A DNA stretch of 64,000 nucleotides from positions 96,001 through 160,000 of IMG/VR virus record IMGVR_UViG_3300005096_000005. The stretch is one strand, 5' to 3'. Below, piece after piece: positions 38,174 to 48,658 of the stretch. The notes beneath the pieces were generated by a model that was not told where the DNA came from, did not search any database, and was given only the letters and a program-made list of their open reading frames with translations. The position numbers and the translations under genes were made by a program. The stretch's first letter is position 1, and each line of letters starts with the position of its first letter. Source of the DNA: a virus.

Positions 38174-41100
38174 TATGTATCTCCACTAATCGAAACTAGC
38201 TTTCCGCTGGCCCGGACTCTGGTTTGCAATAACCCTGCCTGCGGGTCACCATCTGCCACAATGGTGCGCACCCAAAAAGGAACCGAGCCTTTTGCCGTTG
38301 ACTCTTCCCATCCTCCGTTTATCGCCTGGCCCCTCATACTCAATCCACTCAGTACTGGACAGTTCATCCTTACATTATTGATATACATTGTTGCAGTTAC
38401 GTAGGGTACAGGGTAAGGGTCGCCTACAACAGTCCTGAATGTCATGCTGACCGACCCCCATACAAACGCTTGCTGGAACTGGTGTATGATGTTCCAACCC
38501 TCCGTGAACAATGTAACTTCTACGACATCCTGTGGCGTATGGTCCGGATTCTCAAGACGCTGTACGCGCAACCTGTACTTCTTTGCTGGATCTATCGCAA
38601 CTCCTGTGTCATCGTGCTGACTTGCTGCGCCATCCCAATACGAGAAGACCAGGTTTCCCGCCGCATTCACGCTGGCCCCTACTATCAGGCTGTCTGCCGT
38701 ATCAAAAGTGGATAGCGGGCTATCAAAATCCCATGTGTACGTTGGAACCATACTGAATATCCACCCCTCTGGATCGGTTACAATTAGGTCCAACTCAAAA
38801 CACCACACCAAATCTTTTGGCAGCTCGTCCGAATACCACCATGCCAGACCGGCATTCGCCTGTGCGTTCGACTTGTGCAATCCGCACATATCGGAATATA
38901 TGTCACCTTCCGCATCTATCGTTACAGCGCCATCGCTCTCAATAGACAGCGTCCACGCTCCCCTTACGTCTCCATTGTCGAGATCTGTCGGGCTTGTCTG
39001 GTCTTTTGCTGTCTCAAATCTCAGCGGAGTTCCAAGACCTGCAAAACCAATCCAATTGAACTCGCGGGTCAAGTCCGGCATGACACTGCTTCGGTCCTGA
39101 TCTATTGGCGAATACGTGAGACCTGTCTCGTAATCTGTAACAGGATAGGATACCTCGTCCGAAGCGTCAAACCTGTAGATTCTCAAATTGTCTATTCCAC
39201 CAGCATCTGCAATAATGGCGGGCGCTGTGTCGTCATCCAGTGAAGCTCCAACCCTTAGCCTTGTAGTGTCGGAATCGAATACGAGATTAGCAAGATCGGC
39301 CGCCGACGTGTTGCCTGCCCCCATCTGAATCAAAGCTCCGCCAGCCCCGTCATCTCTATAAAACTTCAGATCTGTGCCATCAAAGGCTATCCCGATAAAT
39401 GCTGTGCTGAGCGTAAAGTCCTGGTCCGTAGATTCTGTGGGCTCGTAATTGACTGTAGTCGCCAGACTCTCGTCGTGAGCAGTTACTCTCAGGTGACGCT
39501 CCGACCCATCGTAGTATAAAGAAACCCGAATCCAATCCAGACTTACAGAATCCATAATCTCGAACAGCAGGTATTCGGTTGATCCGACATCCATTCCTGT
39601 TCTATGTAATTGGAACGTCGTTGTCCATTCTGCCTCATTAAAGAATATCCCATCGAATGTAACCCATGAAGCACCATCGAAATTCATCCACTTGTAGAAC
39701 AGCGAATCTGTACCGCCCCCTACATAATCCAATGCCGTCAGGTCCACACCACGGTATAGACCATGCGGTCCAATTACAGAACGCACCTTGCCCAGTATAT
39801 TGTTGGGAACGTCAGCGAACCGATCGTCCACAAAGTCGGGAGTCCACTGAATAGTCATGTCACCGGTGTTCATCCAATAGTGGGCCGATATCTGAATCAG
39901 TTTCTCTGTATTACCGTCGGTGTCTTCTATAGTTATAGCAACATCTTCCTGGCTACTGAGAGGATGTCCATTGTATACGTAACTTCTATAAGGGTCCGAA
40001 TCTACCCCTCTGGCTGTTACTACCCCTTCTGCGTTGAGATCCACAGAAGTTTGTGGTTTGTCCAGATCACGGTCACTGAAGCCAATGGACCAGTCGGAGA
40101 TAGACACTAGGAGGTCGTCGATAGTGACCGACCCTCCCTCGTCGGGAGATATCTCAATCTCTACGTACTGGAAGTCACAGGTCAACTGTGTAAAGGCCGT
40201 CTCGAATGAGCCGACATAGAACTTTGGATTCTTGAACACCTTGACGTTATCAACAAAACATGTCCCATCGGGTGCGTCGGTTGCCCAAAAGGCCGCATCA
40301 CCTATTGCAAGCGCCACCGGATCAGTAAAGGCAAAGTTGCTCGTTCCAAAAGCCTGTATCCATTCCCATTGTGGAGTCACAATATTAACCATTACTCTGG
40401 CACGATTATCTTCCAAGATCCCCGAACGCTTATCGTGCTCGCTCCACGAGAGATCCAGAGTATCCGAAACCCATGAGATACATACGTGGTAGAAATTGTC
40501 TCTCGGAAGTATTGGTGTTGCTGGTTCGCCAAAATCCCAGAAGCCGTTTACACTACCAGATCCGGTTGGCATGCCCGACACAGCCTCACTCACAACCGGC
40601 ACGTGCCAATCGTCTGACGTCGCTGGAGGGTCAGTTGTCTCATACTTCTTTGCATATATGTCGTCATAAGTGTAGAACCCACGCGGAGGGTAATAAGCAT
40701 TCTTCCTGAGATATATATGAGAATAAAGGGTTAGCGAAGCTCCGGTCAAAACGTGAGACGGGACTATAGGTCCCTGAGTGCCCGGCGACCAATTGTAGTT
40801 CATCCACGATAGCAAATTTTGCTCACCATCGTTGATCGCATTGGTGTGCGTAGCACATGGACCCACCATTGGGTGATACGAATGCCATGGGGCATTAGAA
40901 ATACCTGAAGACGACCATCCTTTTAAGGCTCCGAACAATCCTGGGTTTGTCCATGAATAACTGATACTCGTATTGCCGTAAGCTGACGCGAAAGGAACAC
41001 CGGGCCTCCATGTAACTCCTTCATAATCCCCTACACACGATATGTCGAACGAGACAGCCCCACCGATGTCCTGGAAAAGCGATGGGGGAAGAGAAAACGC

Positions 41101-41736
41101 ACGATATACATTGTTTTGTGCCGCGGTACTATATGGCCCTCCTACGAAATCCAACCCTCCGGCATCCCCATAAAGACCGCCACCAAAAGAAGTTGCCAGC
41201 ATAGGCTTGTGAGTGTATGCTATTGGGTCAGTGGTTACTGGCAACTCTCCAAACCTATGCAAATCCGGAGTGATATACGCTGCATCGAAGTCGTTCATTG
41301 TTGCGGCGAATATACAGGAAGACGCATCTTGCAGGTTTTCAAACCGCCACTCATCGGGTTCCCAACCCCCATCACCATTAACGGACAGAACACTTTCGTG
41401 TCGCATTGGCGCAAAGTCCACCGAACTGTCTCCGCCTCCATACACGGCAGGGTGGCCATCTCGCGGGTAACGGGTGCCTCCAGCTACAGGTAGATATGTC
41501 GAGTCGTCACGAGACAACCTCACTCTCGGAGGCTCAGTGACCGGGTTTCCTGTGTTGCTTTTGATTTTGATAGCACGTATCGACATCGTCGTTGGCATGA
41601 TGATCTTAATACGGTCTCCGGGATTGAACGTCCCTGACCCTCCTGCCGCCAACAGGTCAAGTTGCGCTTGAGCCGCGGGCTGGAATCGCCCCGGCCGAAG
41701 TTTTATGAATTGTGTTACATCAATCGGTTCTGACAT
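38173..41736 (-). CDS. Large acidic structural protein with concanavalin/LamG-like lectin domains
   Basis: 1187 aa; FYHVCISW...FVDNVKVF, GIAFDGTDLKFY...IDNLRIY and YINNVRM motifs typical of LamG-like beta-sandwiches. Confidence 0.6.
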   Translation of the reverse strand: MSEPIDVTQFIKLRPGRFQPAAQAQLDLLAAGGSGTFNPGDRIKIIMPTTMSIRAIKIKSNTGNPVTEPPRVRLSRDDSTYLPVAGGTRYPRDGHPAVYGGGDSSVDFAPMRHESVLSVNGDGGWEPDEWRFENLQDASSCIFAATMNDFDAAYITPDLHRFGELPVTTDPIAYTHKPMLATSFGGGLYGDAGGLDFVGGPYSTAAQNNVYRAFSLPPSLFQDIGGAVSFDISCVGDYEGVTWRPGVPFASAYGNTSISYSWTNPGLFGALKGWSSSGISNAPWHSYHPMVGPCATHTNAINDGEQNLLSWMNYNWSPGTQGPIVPSHVLTGASLTLYSHIYLRKNAYYPPRGFYTYDDIYAKKYETTDPPATSDDWHVPVVSEAVSGMPTGSGSVNGFWDFGEPATPILPRDNFYHVCISWVSDTLDLSWSEHDKRSGILEDNRARVMVNIVTPQWEWIQAFGTSNFAFTDPVALAIGDAAFWATDAPDGTCFVDNVKVFKNPKFYVGSFETAFTQLTCDFQYVEIEISPDEGGSVTIDDLLVSISDWSIGFSDRDLDKPQTSVDLNAEGVVTARGVDSDPYRSYVYNGHPLSSQEDVAITIEDTDGNTEKLIQISAHYWMNTGDMTIQWTPDFVDDRFADVPNNILGKVRSVIGPHGLYRGVDLTALDYVGGGTDSLFYKWMNFDGASWVTFDGIFFNEAEWTTTFQLHRTGMDVGSTEYLLFEIMDSVSLDWIRVSLYYDGSERHLRVTAHDESLATTVNYEPTESTDQDFTLSTAFIGIAFDGTDLKFYRDDGAGGALIQMGAGNTSAADLANLVFDSDTTRLRVGASLDDDTAPAIIADAGGIDNLRIYRFDASDEVSYPVTDYETGLTYSPIDQDRSSVMPDLTREFNWIGFAGLGTPLRFETAKDQTSPTDLDNGDVRGAWTLSIESDGAVTIDAEGDIYSDMCGLHKSNAQANAGLAWWYSDELPKDLVWCFELDLIVTDPEGWIFSMVPTYTWDFDSPLSTFDTADSLIVGASVNAAGNLVFSYWDGAASQHDDTGVAIDPAKKYRLRVQRLENPDHTPQDVVEVTLFTEGWNIIHQFQQAFVWGSVSMTFRTVVGDPYPVPYVTATMYINNVRMNCPVLSGLSMRGQAINGGWEESTAKGSVPFWVRTIVADGDPQAGLLQTRVRASGKLVSISGDT

Positions 41737-41739
41737 ATC

Positions 41740-42333
41740 TTAACTCCTGTCTGCCTTGGAGTATTGAATTCTCATATCAAATTCGAACGAACCATCAACC
41801 GGAGGGTTCGCTATGTCCACCCCGTCCCAGGCTTTAATCTTATATTGCACATGCCGTGAGACCGCCTTCAGCGGGTCCGGGAAGTGGGGCTGTTGCCAAT
41901 TGCTTGCGTCGATGTCGAAGTAAGTAACCTCCGTCAAAACCTCAGCCGCATCCAACACGTGCAACGTAACACGAACGACATCGGTTCCAGGATCGGTTTT
42001 GAGCTGGAAGACACCGGCATCCACTCGAAACACCTCGTCTGACGCACCAAGGCCCGTATCGAATGCAACGTGAACGTCACTTCCCAATACAGGGATAGTA
42101 ACGGCTACCGGATCTTGAGATATAAATACCCCTTTCATAAGCTGCATCAACCTCCATTCCGTATCCGTTCCGCCATAAAACTCCTTTGTACTGGTCAGGT
42201 AAAGTACGCGGCCCTGGTCTCTGCTCACATCGAACGATGGGAGTGAACTGACCTGCTCAACCCACAGGTTCAGGAAGTGCCCTGGTACTACAGTGTCCCT
42301 TTCCGGGACGTTAAGATGTCCTCTTATATTCAT
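41740..42333 (-). CDS. Hypothetical structural protein
   Basis: ATGA-coupled; GRVLYLTSTKEFYGG..EW motif typical of fibre beta modules. Confidence 0.5.
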   Translation of the reverse strand: MNIRGHLNVPERDTVVPGHFLNLWVEQVSSLPSFDVSRDQGRVLYLTSTKEFYGGTDTEWRLMQLMKGVFISQDPVAVTIPVLGSDVHVAFDTGLGASDEVFRVDAGVFQLKTDPGTDVVRVTLHVLDAAEVLTEVTYFDIDASNWQQPHFPDPLKAVSRHVQYKIKAWDGVDIANPPVDGSFEFDMRIQYSKADRS

Positions 42334-43574
42334 GGTAGCATCCCCACTATACTTATCTTTGCGGTCACGTCGCCAACCCAGGTAACCTTAACAGTATTGC
42401 CGTCTTCGATGGATACTTTATCGGGAATAAACTGCTCAAACTTCCCTCCACCAACAGCCTCGAAACACTGGACCACAATATTCGTGGTCCCCAAATTATG
42501 CGCGATAGTGATCTCTCCGCTTTCTGGCGCGGCAGAATCGTATGTTGTCCCAACTGTCATCTGCCCTTTGGACAGAACATTCTTGAGCGCCTGCAATTGA
42601 GCGTCGTTCAGGTGATTGTACTCCGGTCCATCTCCGGACGGGCCGGTAGAATCGTGATTCGGAACGGCCGCGGATATCTTTATCCACCTGCCGTCTCCCG
42701 TGTTCCCGTCCGGGTTGATTACCTTCTCGCCGTCCGGCGTAGCCGTAGACTCAGCATCGTACCTGTAGATGGCTCCGTTCTCCTCACAAAGACGTGCCAT
42801 CTTGTCCGCCACCAGGTCCGGATTTGTATAGTCAAGAGCGGCAAGTTCTGCCTTTGTGTCAACAGGCTCGCCCCACATATTGCCCATGTTGCTGACTTCT
42901 GCAACCAGTTCGTCGAGAGCCTGCTCAACCGTCTTCGTCTTGTACCATACTACCCTGGAGTGGTCTCTGACCTGAACCGACGTGGCCGGGTCTACGTTGT
43001 TGAGCACATCCCTGCTTGCCGCCTGCAGGCCGCCCACGTCTATAAGCTGTACCAGAGACGATGTGTCTATGTCATCTGCTATCACATCTTCTATCCATAC
43101 CGTGGAGATCGTCCCTGTCAGCTCCAACTTCCCGTCGACCTGACCATCCTTGATGCGCACCACGTTACCGACCTGAGAGCCGCCATCGATGGAAAGCCCG
43201 ACTGTGGCACCACCCTCTGGAAATAGTTTCACACCAGACATGGATACAGCTATCGGCTCCGTATCAGCAAAAGCCACAATAGGTGTAACACCATCGCCAT
43301 GGATCTCCACACCACCGCACTCCCCGAAAATGTGAACCTTCTTGTCCGTAAAGTTCACCGACGACGTGACAGTATAAGTGCTATCTTTCAGAACCAGAAC
43401 ATAGACGTCCGAGTCTGTCATAGCAGCCACGGCTGCATCCAGGGTTTTGAATGGTCTGTACACACTTCCATCTTCGTCCAGGTTTTTGCCCATGGCCGAC
43501 ACAAATATAATGCGTGACCACAACGCAGATTCAACGTCTATATAATCCTTCATTCGGCTTCCCATGTTATACAC
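42330..43574 (-). CDS. Fibre/spike-like protein with beta-helix entry motif
   Basis: IFVS...DGSVYRPFKTLDAAV (pectin-lyase-like entry); WGEPVDTKAELAAL...GRWIK; C-terminal IAHNLGT..VVQCF. Start may be ATG 43565. Confidence 0.6.
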   Translation of the reverse strand: MYNMGSRMKDYIDVESALWSRIIFVSAMGKNLDEDGSVYRPFKTLDAAVAAMTDSDVYVLVLKDSTYTVTSSVNFTDKKVHIFGECGGVEIHGDGVTPIVAFADTEPIAVSMSGVKLFPEGGATVGLSIDGGSQVGNVVRIKDGQVDGKLELTGTISTVWIEDVIADDIDTSSLVQLIDVGGLQAASRDVLNNVDPATSVQVRDHSRVVWYKTKTVEQALDELVAEVSNMGNMWGEPVDTKAELAALDYTNPDLVADKMARLCEENGAIYRYDAESTATPDGEKVINPDGNTGDGRWIKISAAVPNHDSTGPSGDGPEYNHLNDAQLQALKNVLSKGQMTVGTTYDSAAPESGEITIAHNLGTTNIVVQCFEAVGGGKFEQFIPDKVSIEDGNTVKVTWVGDVTAKISIVGMLP

Positions 43575-44109
43575 TCACCGTTGTAGCGTAATGTATTCTT
43601 ACAAGGTCCTGGTACTCCATCAGGTTTTGTAGCTTGATGGTAATTCCCACAACCTCGGATCCTACGACCTTCTCTTCCCACTCTGTAGACGACAGCTCCC
43701 TGCCTCTCACAGTGACGAAGAAGGATCCCGCTATAGCGTTTGGCCGGTCACTAACCGGAATAGCTATGTCGAAGTCTGCCGGATTCGGATTGATCTGATC
43801 CGGATATTCAAACTCGTATATTTTGGTTTCTCTGAGGTAACCTAAGGACAGAGACGTCTTGATAACCTTCTGTACGGCAATAATAGCGCAGTACAGGTTG
43901 TGGATGTACTTGGCAAACCACTTCTCATCAACGCCGTCGTCGTGCACCGGCCACTGGTCGATGCCGTCGTTATCCCCGTTGGGGAAGTTGGTCTCCCCCG
44001 TATAGTCTACATTGCCCGAACTATTGCCGGGACCATACCCGTGCTCCGGTAAGTTGTCCGCGTTGTAATCGGCAACGTCTGAATGTGTTCCCTGCTGTGG
44101 AGTTGACAT
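43567..44109 (-). CDS. Hypothetical structural protein
   Basis: RBS AAGGAG; IHNLYCAIIAVQ helix then small beta domain ending DLVRIHY. Confidence 0.5.
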   Translation of the reverse strand: MSTPQQGTHSDVADYNADNLPEHGYGPGNSSGNVDYTGETNFPNGDNDGIDQWPVHDDGVDEKWFAKYIHNLYCAIIAVQKVIKTSLSLGYLRETKIYEFEYPDQINPNPADFDIAIPVSDRPNAIAGSFFVTVRGRELSSTEWEEKVVGSEVVGITIKLQNLMEYQDLVRIHYATTVSV

Positions 44110-44122
44110 ATATACAGACTCC

Positions 44123-44725
44123 TTAATCCACTATCCTGATGCGTTGTTCCTGTCGTAGAAGGCGTTCGACCTCACGCTCATTAACGCCCGCCCCCTGGCA
44201 GTAGACTTTGTAGAAAACCAGGACACCCTGTTCCTGGCGTTTGTCTTCTACTCTCTCTACTTCGTGTGCTTCTATAAGATTCAAAACCATCTCCGTGGCT
44301 TCATTCCATTCGACCTTGAATATAAAGTCCCCAACCTTGGGCCTTGCATTAGGCTTCATTGCAAAACTGTGAGACGGATTCGGAACACGTCCCGGCTCTG
44401 TCTGTGGGTATGACTGCGCCTGTCTACCTGGAGACGCCTCACCCCAATCGCGTGCCACATGCCTTTCAATCGAGACCGCATACCCGGTACCGTAACATTC
44501 GGGACACGCTTTTATACCTCTACTATGCTGACTGGTCGTCTGCCAGCATTCATGCTTGACGTCCAGATCTCTTCTTAAGTACAAAACCATACTACCGATT
44601 CCCTCGTTGTCGTCAAGGAACTGCTCAAACTCATGGACCAGCTCGGGCTGCCTTATCCTGCTGGCGTCGGCCCGAAGCCTACTGCGACTCCCAAGCGGTG
44701 TATATCCCCTTCTCAAGTTTACCAC
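44123..44725 (-). CDS. Putative head closure / neck protein with zinc finger
   Basis: HECW...CPECYGTG; PKVGDFI..VEW motif; follows the adaptor-like gene; GTG 44725 is better spaced from AGGAGG than TTG 44734. Confidence 0.6.
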   Translation of the reverse strand: MVNLRRGYTPLGSRSRLRADASRIRQPELVHEFEQFLDDNEGIGSMVLYLRRDLDVKHECWQTTSQHSRGIKACPECYGTGYAVSIERHVARDWGEASPGRQAQSYPQTEPGRVPNPSHSFAMKPNARPKVGDFIFKVEWNEATEMVLNLIEAHEVERVEDKRQEQGVLVFYKVYCQGAGVNEREVERLLRQEQRIRIVD

Positions 44726-45366
44726 TTGTCCCAATTCCTCCTATGACTCATTCCGGGCGGCATATAACTGCGTGCTTTCTTATGTCTTCTAACAGCTTCC
44801 GCAGAGGCGCCCCTGACAACAATCCTTGGGGCCGGCTTAGTCTTCTGCTCTCCTGACAGAGCCCAATAACAAGCATTCATCTCTGGAACGATATGGCTAT
44901 CCAGAGCGTTCTTTAGATCGGTTACACTCCCTTTGTAACTGATCTTGAAGTCGCCCAGAGTCTTTTCCCCTGTACCTCCCGAGGCAAGGAATGGGAAGTA
45001 GCTGACCAGAAGTAAGTACTGGGTTCTGTACCGCACGTAGCAGTCCAGATATCCTACCAGGGCTTCGTCCGTTCCGTTTTGTAGTAACTGATCCAAATCA
45101 TAGTTTACATCCGGCACAGGCGTCCATATCTTCCCTCGCTTGATTGCGCGCCAGGCATCAAGAGACGCCTGGTATGCATACATCTGGATCACCTCTGGAG
45201 GGATAGTTCCCAGGAGGGCGCGCAGGTCAAGCTCAATCAGCTCGATAGAACCCCACATCGGTTTGAATGGGGTGAAGAACGAAAACGACTCTGTGGGCGC
45301 AGAGGCCCCATCAACGCTTCGTATTCCGCTGATTCTGACTGTGTACCTACACGACTGGTTCCACAT
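44719..45366 (-). CDS. Putative head-tail adaptor protein
   Basis: Helical core then EKTLGDFKISY beta hairpin typical of adaptors; ATG 45366 with GAGG 8-9 nt upstream. Confidence 0.6.
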   Translation of the reverse strand: MWNQSCRYTVRISGIRSVDGASAPTESFSFFTPFKPMWGSIELIELDLRALLGTIPPEVIQMYAYQASLDAWRAIKRGKIWTPVPDVNYDLDQLLQNGTDEALVGYLDCYVRYRTQYLLLVSYFPFLASGGTGEKTLGDFKISYKGSVTDLKNALDSHIVPEMNACYWALSGEQKTKPAPRIVVRGASAEAVRRHKKARSYMPPGMSHRRNWDKW

Positions 45367-45745
45367 GTGCAAAGACCTCGACCGACGGCTCCATATTGCC
45401 GTCAGTAGTGAAAGTAAACTTATGAATCGACCCGTAATCCGTATAGATTACTCCGAACGTAGTTCCCGTCTGTGCGCCAACACCCTGGCCCATGAAAGAC
45501 ACTCCATTGTGATGGACAAAAAACCGGTACGCACCCCAGTGGGGTTTAGTGCGCACTCTTATCTTCCTGCCCTGCCACTCCACGTAGACGTCAACAACGT
45601 CTTTAGCGAACAGTGGGTAGACATGTCCGTTAATCTCCATTCTTTCCACTGGACAAAACTGCTTCCACTGGTCCGACGGAAGTTCCGACTTGCGCAGAAT
45701 CTCTCCTCCGGCAAGCACAAATGTAAAGTCCACGATATCTGCCAT
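45347..45745 (-). CDS. Hypothetical protein
   Basis: 132 aa, RBS GGAG, 1 nt after upstream stop. Confidence 0.5.
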   Translation of the reverse strand: MADIVDFTFVLAGGEILRKSELPSDQWKQFCPVERMEINGHVYPLFAKDVVDVYVEWQGRKIRVRTKPHWGAYRFFVHHNGVSFMGQGVGAQTGTTFGVIYTDYGSIHKFTFTTDGNMEPSVEVFAHVEPVV

Positions 45746-45746
45746 A

Positions 45747-46640
45747 TTACTCCACCACGAACGTGTATTCGACTGCCATTGCCCACCAGTGTAGTTTTGC
45801 TACAGCTGTGGACGGAACGACTAACAACATCTGGATCTCGGCTGCAGCACCGTCGTTTTCTGCGGGCGGATCGAGAGATGTGTCAAGGCATCCGATGTAA
45901 CTCTTGGTTTCGGACCCAATATAAAACTGCCCCACACCTTCGGGAGCCCCTGTCGGAACAGCATCCCAGTCGCTTGGACTCGACGGAGCGAGCAGTGGAG
46001 CATTCGCTCCCGCACCACCAGCAAACGTGGAACCTTGCCCTAACCCATACGGTCCTGGGTAGGTTTTGGCTGCCTGCTGAGTCCACGCTGTCCCTGCAAA
46101 ACTGTACGTCCAATAAGACAGCTGCCGGACAATTGGCCAAAACCTGTGCTCACCGCCCGCAACGGTAGAGATCGGGTCTGCTGTCTGGAGATCAGAGAAC
46201 GGCTCATCGAACATGCGCAGTTTGCAGTTCTCCGCCGTCGTATAAGACACCCCATCGATGCCACCCTGCTGCAGCTCGCGATTGTTGAACACAATCACAT
46301 TCAAGGTGCACGACAGATTCCCCTGAAGGATATCGCGTTCAGAAGTGGCTTCGTTTACGAAACCCGCGCCAGAATCGATACCCGCTGATTGCAGCGCCGC
46401 CGGAAGCGGATCGGCCCACAGGTCAGTTTCCCCCTCAACCGAGTCAGGATTGCCGGTCGCAATCTTGTTCAGCCAGTTCCCGCTCTGTCCGGGGTATCCA
46501 CCTGCCGAGCCATCGCCATAGGATATTCGCGCATCGTCATAAGTCGCTCCCTGAAGAGCAGGCAGATTAGCAACACTCGTACCCCACGCTTTGCCGACAG
46601 CCCCTTTCCAGAACTCTACTTTAGGTTCTAAGTACGCCAT
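45747..46640 (-). CDS. Hypothetical structural protein (possibly abundant collar/neck subunit)
   Basis: 297 aa; very strong RBS TAAGGAGG; Gly/Ala-rich beta protein. Confidence 0.55.
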   Translation of the reverse strand: MAYLEPKVEFWKGAVGKAWGTSVANLPALQGATYDDARISYGDGSAGGYPGQSGNWLNKIATGNPDSVEGETDLWADPLPAALQSAGIDSGAGFVNEATSERDILQGNLSCTLNVIVFNNRELQQGGIDGVSYTTAENCKLRMFDEPFSDLQTADPISTVAGGEHRFWPIVRQLSYWTYSFAGTAWTQQAAKTYPGPYGLGQGSTFAGGAGANAPLLAPSSPSDWDAVPTGAPEGVGQFYIGSETKSYIGCLDTSLDPPAENDGAAAEIQMLLVVPSTAVAKLHWWAMAVEYTFVVE

Positions 46641-46652
46641 CGTAATTCCTCC

Positions 46653-48179
46653 TTAACTGTTCATGTCGCCATGCAGTTGTTGTGCCCACTGACAATTGGC
46701 GAGAAGATCTCTTGCTTTTTGGTGGACCAGGTTTGTGAATGCCGGAGCCTCTTTTGTCTGAGCAAACAGAAAGGACGACCGCCGGGTTCCGCGTCCCCCT
46801 CTGACCCATACCGGCGCAAAACTTGACCCCTTCTGCGCAGTCCTCGCCCATACCCACGTGTGGACATACGCATGAACGGAAGCCCACAGGACCGCATACT
46901 TCTGGCCGAGTTTCGCCACCTGGCTCCACAACCAGGAATTCTGCTCCCCGGCTTCTATAACCTTGGTCCAGAGCCATGAGAAGTTTTTGCCCAAGGCCCT
47001 TACACCTGTAAACAACCACGCATTGTTTTCATCTCCCAATACAGCCTTCGCCCATAAGACCACTCTTTCAGCACCTTCGAGGAATACTCTGACCCAAAGA
47101 GGTGCATGTTGTTTCTCATACCCCAAAACCCTTACGAACAGAGTCATAAAGTCCGGCTTAGGGATAACAACCAGCATCTCGTTACTGACCCTCTCTCGAT
47201 TACCGGCCGTATCTACTACCACGATCTTAATGTAGTTTGTCGAACCCTGAGCCAGTCCTATAGCTGTTATCTGGGTTGTCGTCCATGTAGTCACATCCTG
47301 AAACCATGTACTTCCCGGAAGACCCTGGGCGACTGGGGTGAAGTCGGGCGTAGATGACACGTGAACTTCATAATGGTCAAACGTAGGCTCGCCAAGCGCA
47401 CCCTTGAATGGTGGGAGAGCCTGTGCTCCGCTATCGTATATCTTAACATGGTCCACCCTGACAGTGGTTAAACCCGCCAGGTTCTGCAGTTCCATCTTTA
47501 CATGCCCATTCGTTGTGGGCGGTGCATCGCACTGTGGGTTAAGATTGGCCCCACCCCAGAACAACATTGGAACTGCGATACCCCAATCCCCTCCGACCGT
47601 GTCGTATACTGCAACATACCCAAAGCAGGTCCTGTCCGGCTCTATGGTGAACCTGAACTTGCATATCTGATTCAGAATGTCCGGCGACGCCGGCCACGCG
47701 GCCTGGTCATATACTTTAATCCAGCCTCCCATTACGTCCGACCAGATATACATGTTATCCTGTTTGATATACATCTTGAACGTATTGATTGAAGAGGAGT
47801 ACTCAAAATTGAACTGAGAGTTGCTCCCCATATTCCTCATGTCAATGACAAACTCGACAGCCTGCCTGGCGCCCGCTCCGATATCGAAGTATGTGGACTC
47901 CATGCTTACATCCTGAAACCCGGAGCAAGCCATCTCTAATACGTTATCGTCATGCGTCCAGTCTTCGGCAGTCCCATACGTAAAGATACTGGCGGAACCG
48001 CCTCCTGATATCGCCCAACTCGCCGTCAGCAAATCTGTCAGAAAGTCGTGCTTGTATGCGTTGGCGGGAGGCGTAACGCCTGTAGATATATAAGGAATCC
48101 AGCGCAAGTCCACCGTTCCGTTAACGGGGTTCGCATTGAATCCTCCCAGGAATGTTACACGTTCGTGCCTTATTAACAT
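46653..48179 (-). CDS. Structural protein: lectin-like insert within FN3-like domain plus 14-aa Trp repeats
   Basis: FDHYEVHVSSTPDF...TNYIKIVVVDTAGN...SNE (FN3-like); VRVDHVKIY; about 10 C-terminal repeats. Confidence 0.6.
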   Translation of the reverse strand: MLIRHERVTFLGGFNANPVNGTVDLRWIPYISTGVTPPANAYKHDFLTDLLTASWAISGGGSASIFTYGTAEDWTHDDNVLEMACSGFQDVSMESTYFDIGAGARQAVEFVIDMRNMGSNSQFNFEYSSSINTFKMYIKQDNMYIWSDVMGGWIKVYDQAAWPASPDILNQICKFRFTIEPDRTCFGYVAVYDTVGGDWGIAVPMLFWGGANLNPQCDAPPTTNGHVKMELQNLAGLTTVRVDHVKIYDSGAQALPPFKGALGEPTFDHYEVHVSSTPDFTPVAQGLPGSTWFQDVTTWTTTQITAIGLAQGSTNYIKIVVVDTAGNRERVSNEMLVVIPKPDFMTLFVRVLGYEKQHAPLWVRVFLEGAERVVLWAKAVLGDENNAWLFTGVRALGKNFSWLWTKVIEAGEQNSWLWSQVAKLGQKYAVLWASVHAYVHTWVWARTAQKGSSFAPVWVRGGRGTRRSSFLFAQTKEAPAFTNLVHQKARDLLANCQWAQQLHGDMNS

Positions 48180-48646
48180 TAGCTGTCGCGCTCCCTAATT
48201 ACTCTTGGATTGAAGTATCCGAATAACTGAATTCTGGCCGCCTCTCCACCGACCGCCGGTGGCGCACCCATCCCTCCACCCCCATTGTCGAACTCGAACT
48301 TCATAATCGATTCTTTCACAATATTGGCCCCAATGGCCAGGGGCATAGACACCGGTACCTTCGTCAGGGCCGAACCATAGATCACTTTGTATCCTGCTCT
48401 GAGCGGTGAGCCTGACGCATTCAGGTTAATCTGCAACTTCCAGTAGAAGTCGAAGTTCGACGTTACCACGATCTGAACCAGTTTAAAAGAATCCTCGAAC
48501 ACCTCCGACGGGTCAGCTGGATTCGGAAATATAATACCGCTTGACAGCTGACTGTATGTTGCGGGAAGATCAGGCTCCAGGACAACATCCCAATGCCCGT
48601 CCCGAATAACTCCCTGCATGTGTGATCTCGGTTTTTGCCCTCTCAT
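48179..48646 (-). CDS. Hypothetical protein
   Basis: 155 aa, RBS AAGGAGG. Confidence 0.5.
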   Translation of the reverse strand: MRGQKPRSHMQGVIRDGHWDVVLEPDLPATYSQLSSGIIFPNPADPSEVFEDSFKLVQIVVTSNFDFYWKLQINLNASGSPLRAGYKVIYGSALTKVPVSMPLAIGANIVKESIMKFEFDNGGGGMGAPPAVGGEAARIQLFGYFNPRVIRERDS

Positions 48647-48658
48647 AACTGCGCCTCC

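Noticed and set aside
45347-45372. Possible +1 frameshift joining 45347..45745 to the adaptor gene
   Set aside because: ATG 45366 has its own well-spaced GAGG, so an ordinary short overlap explains it.
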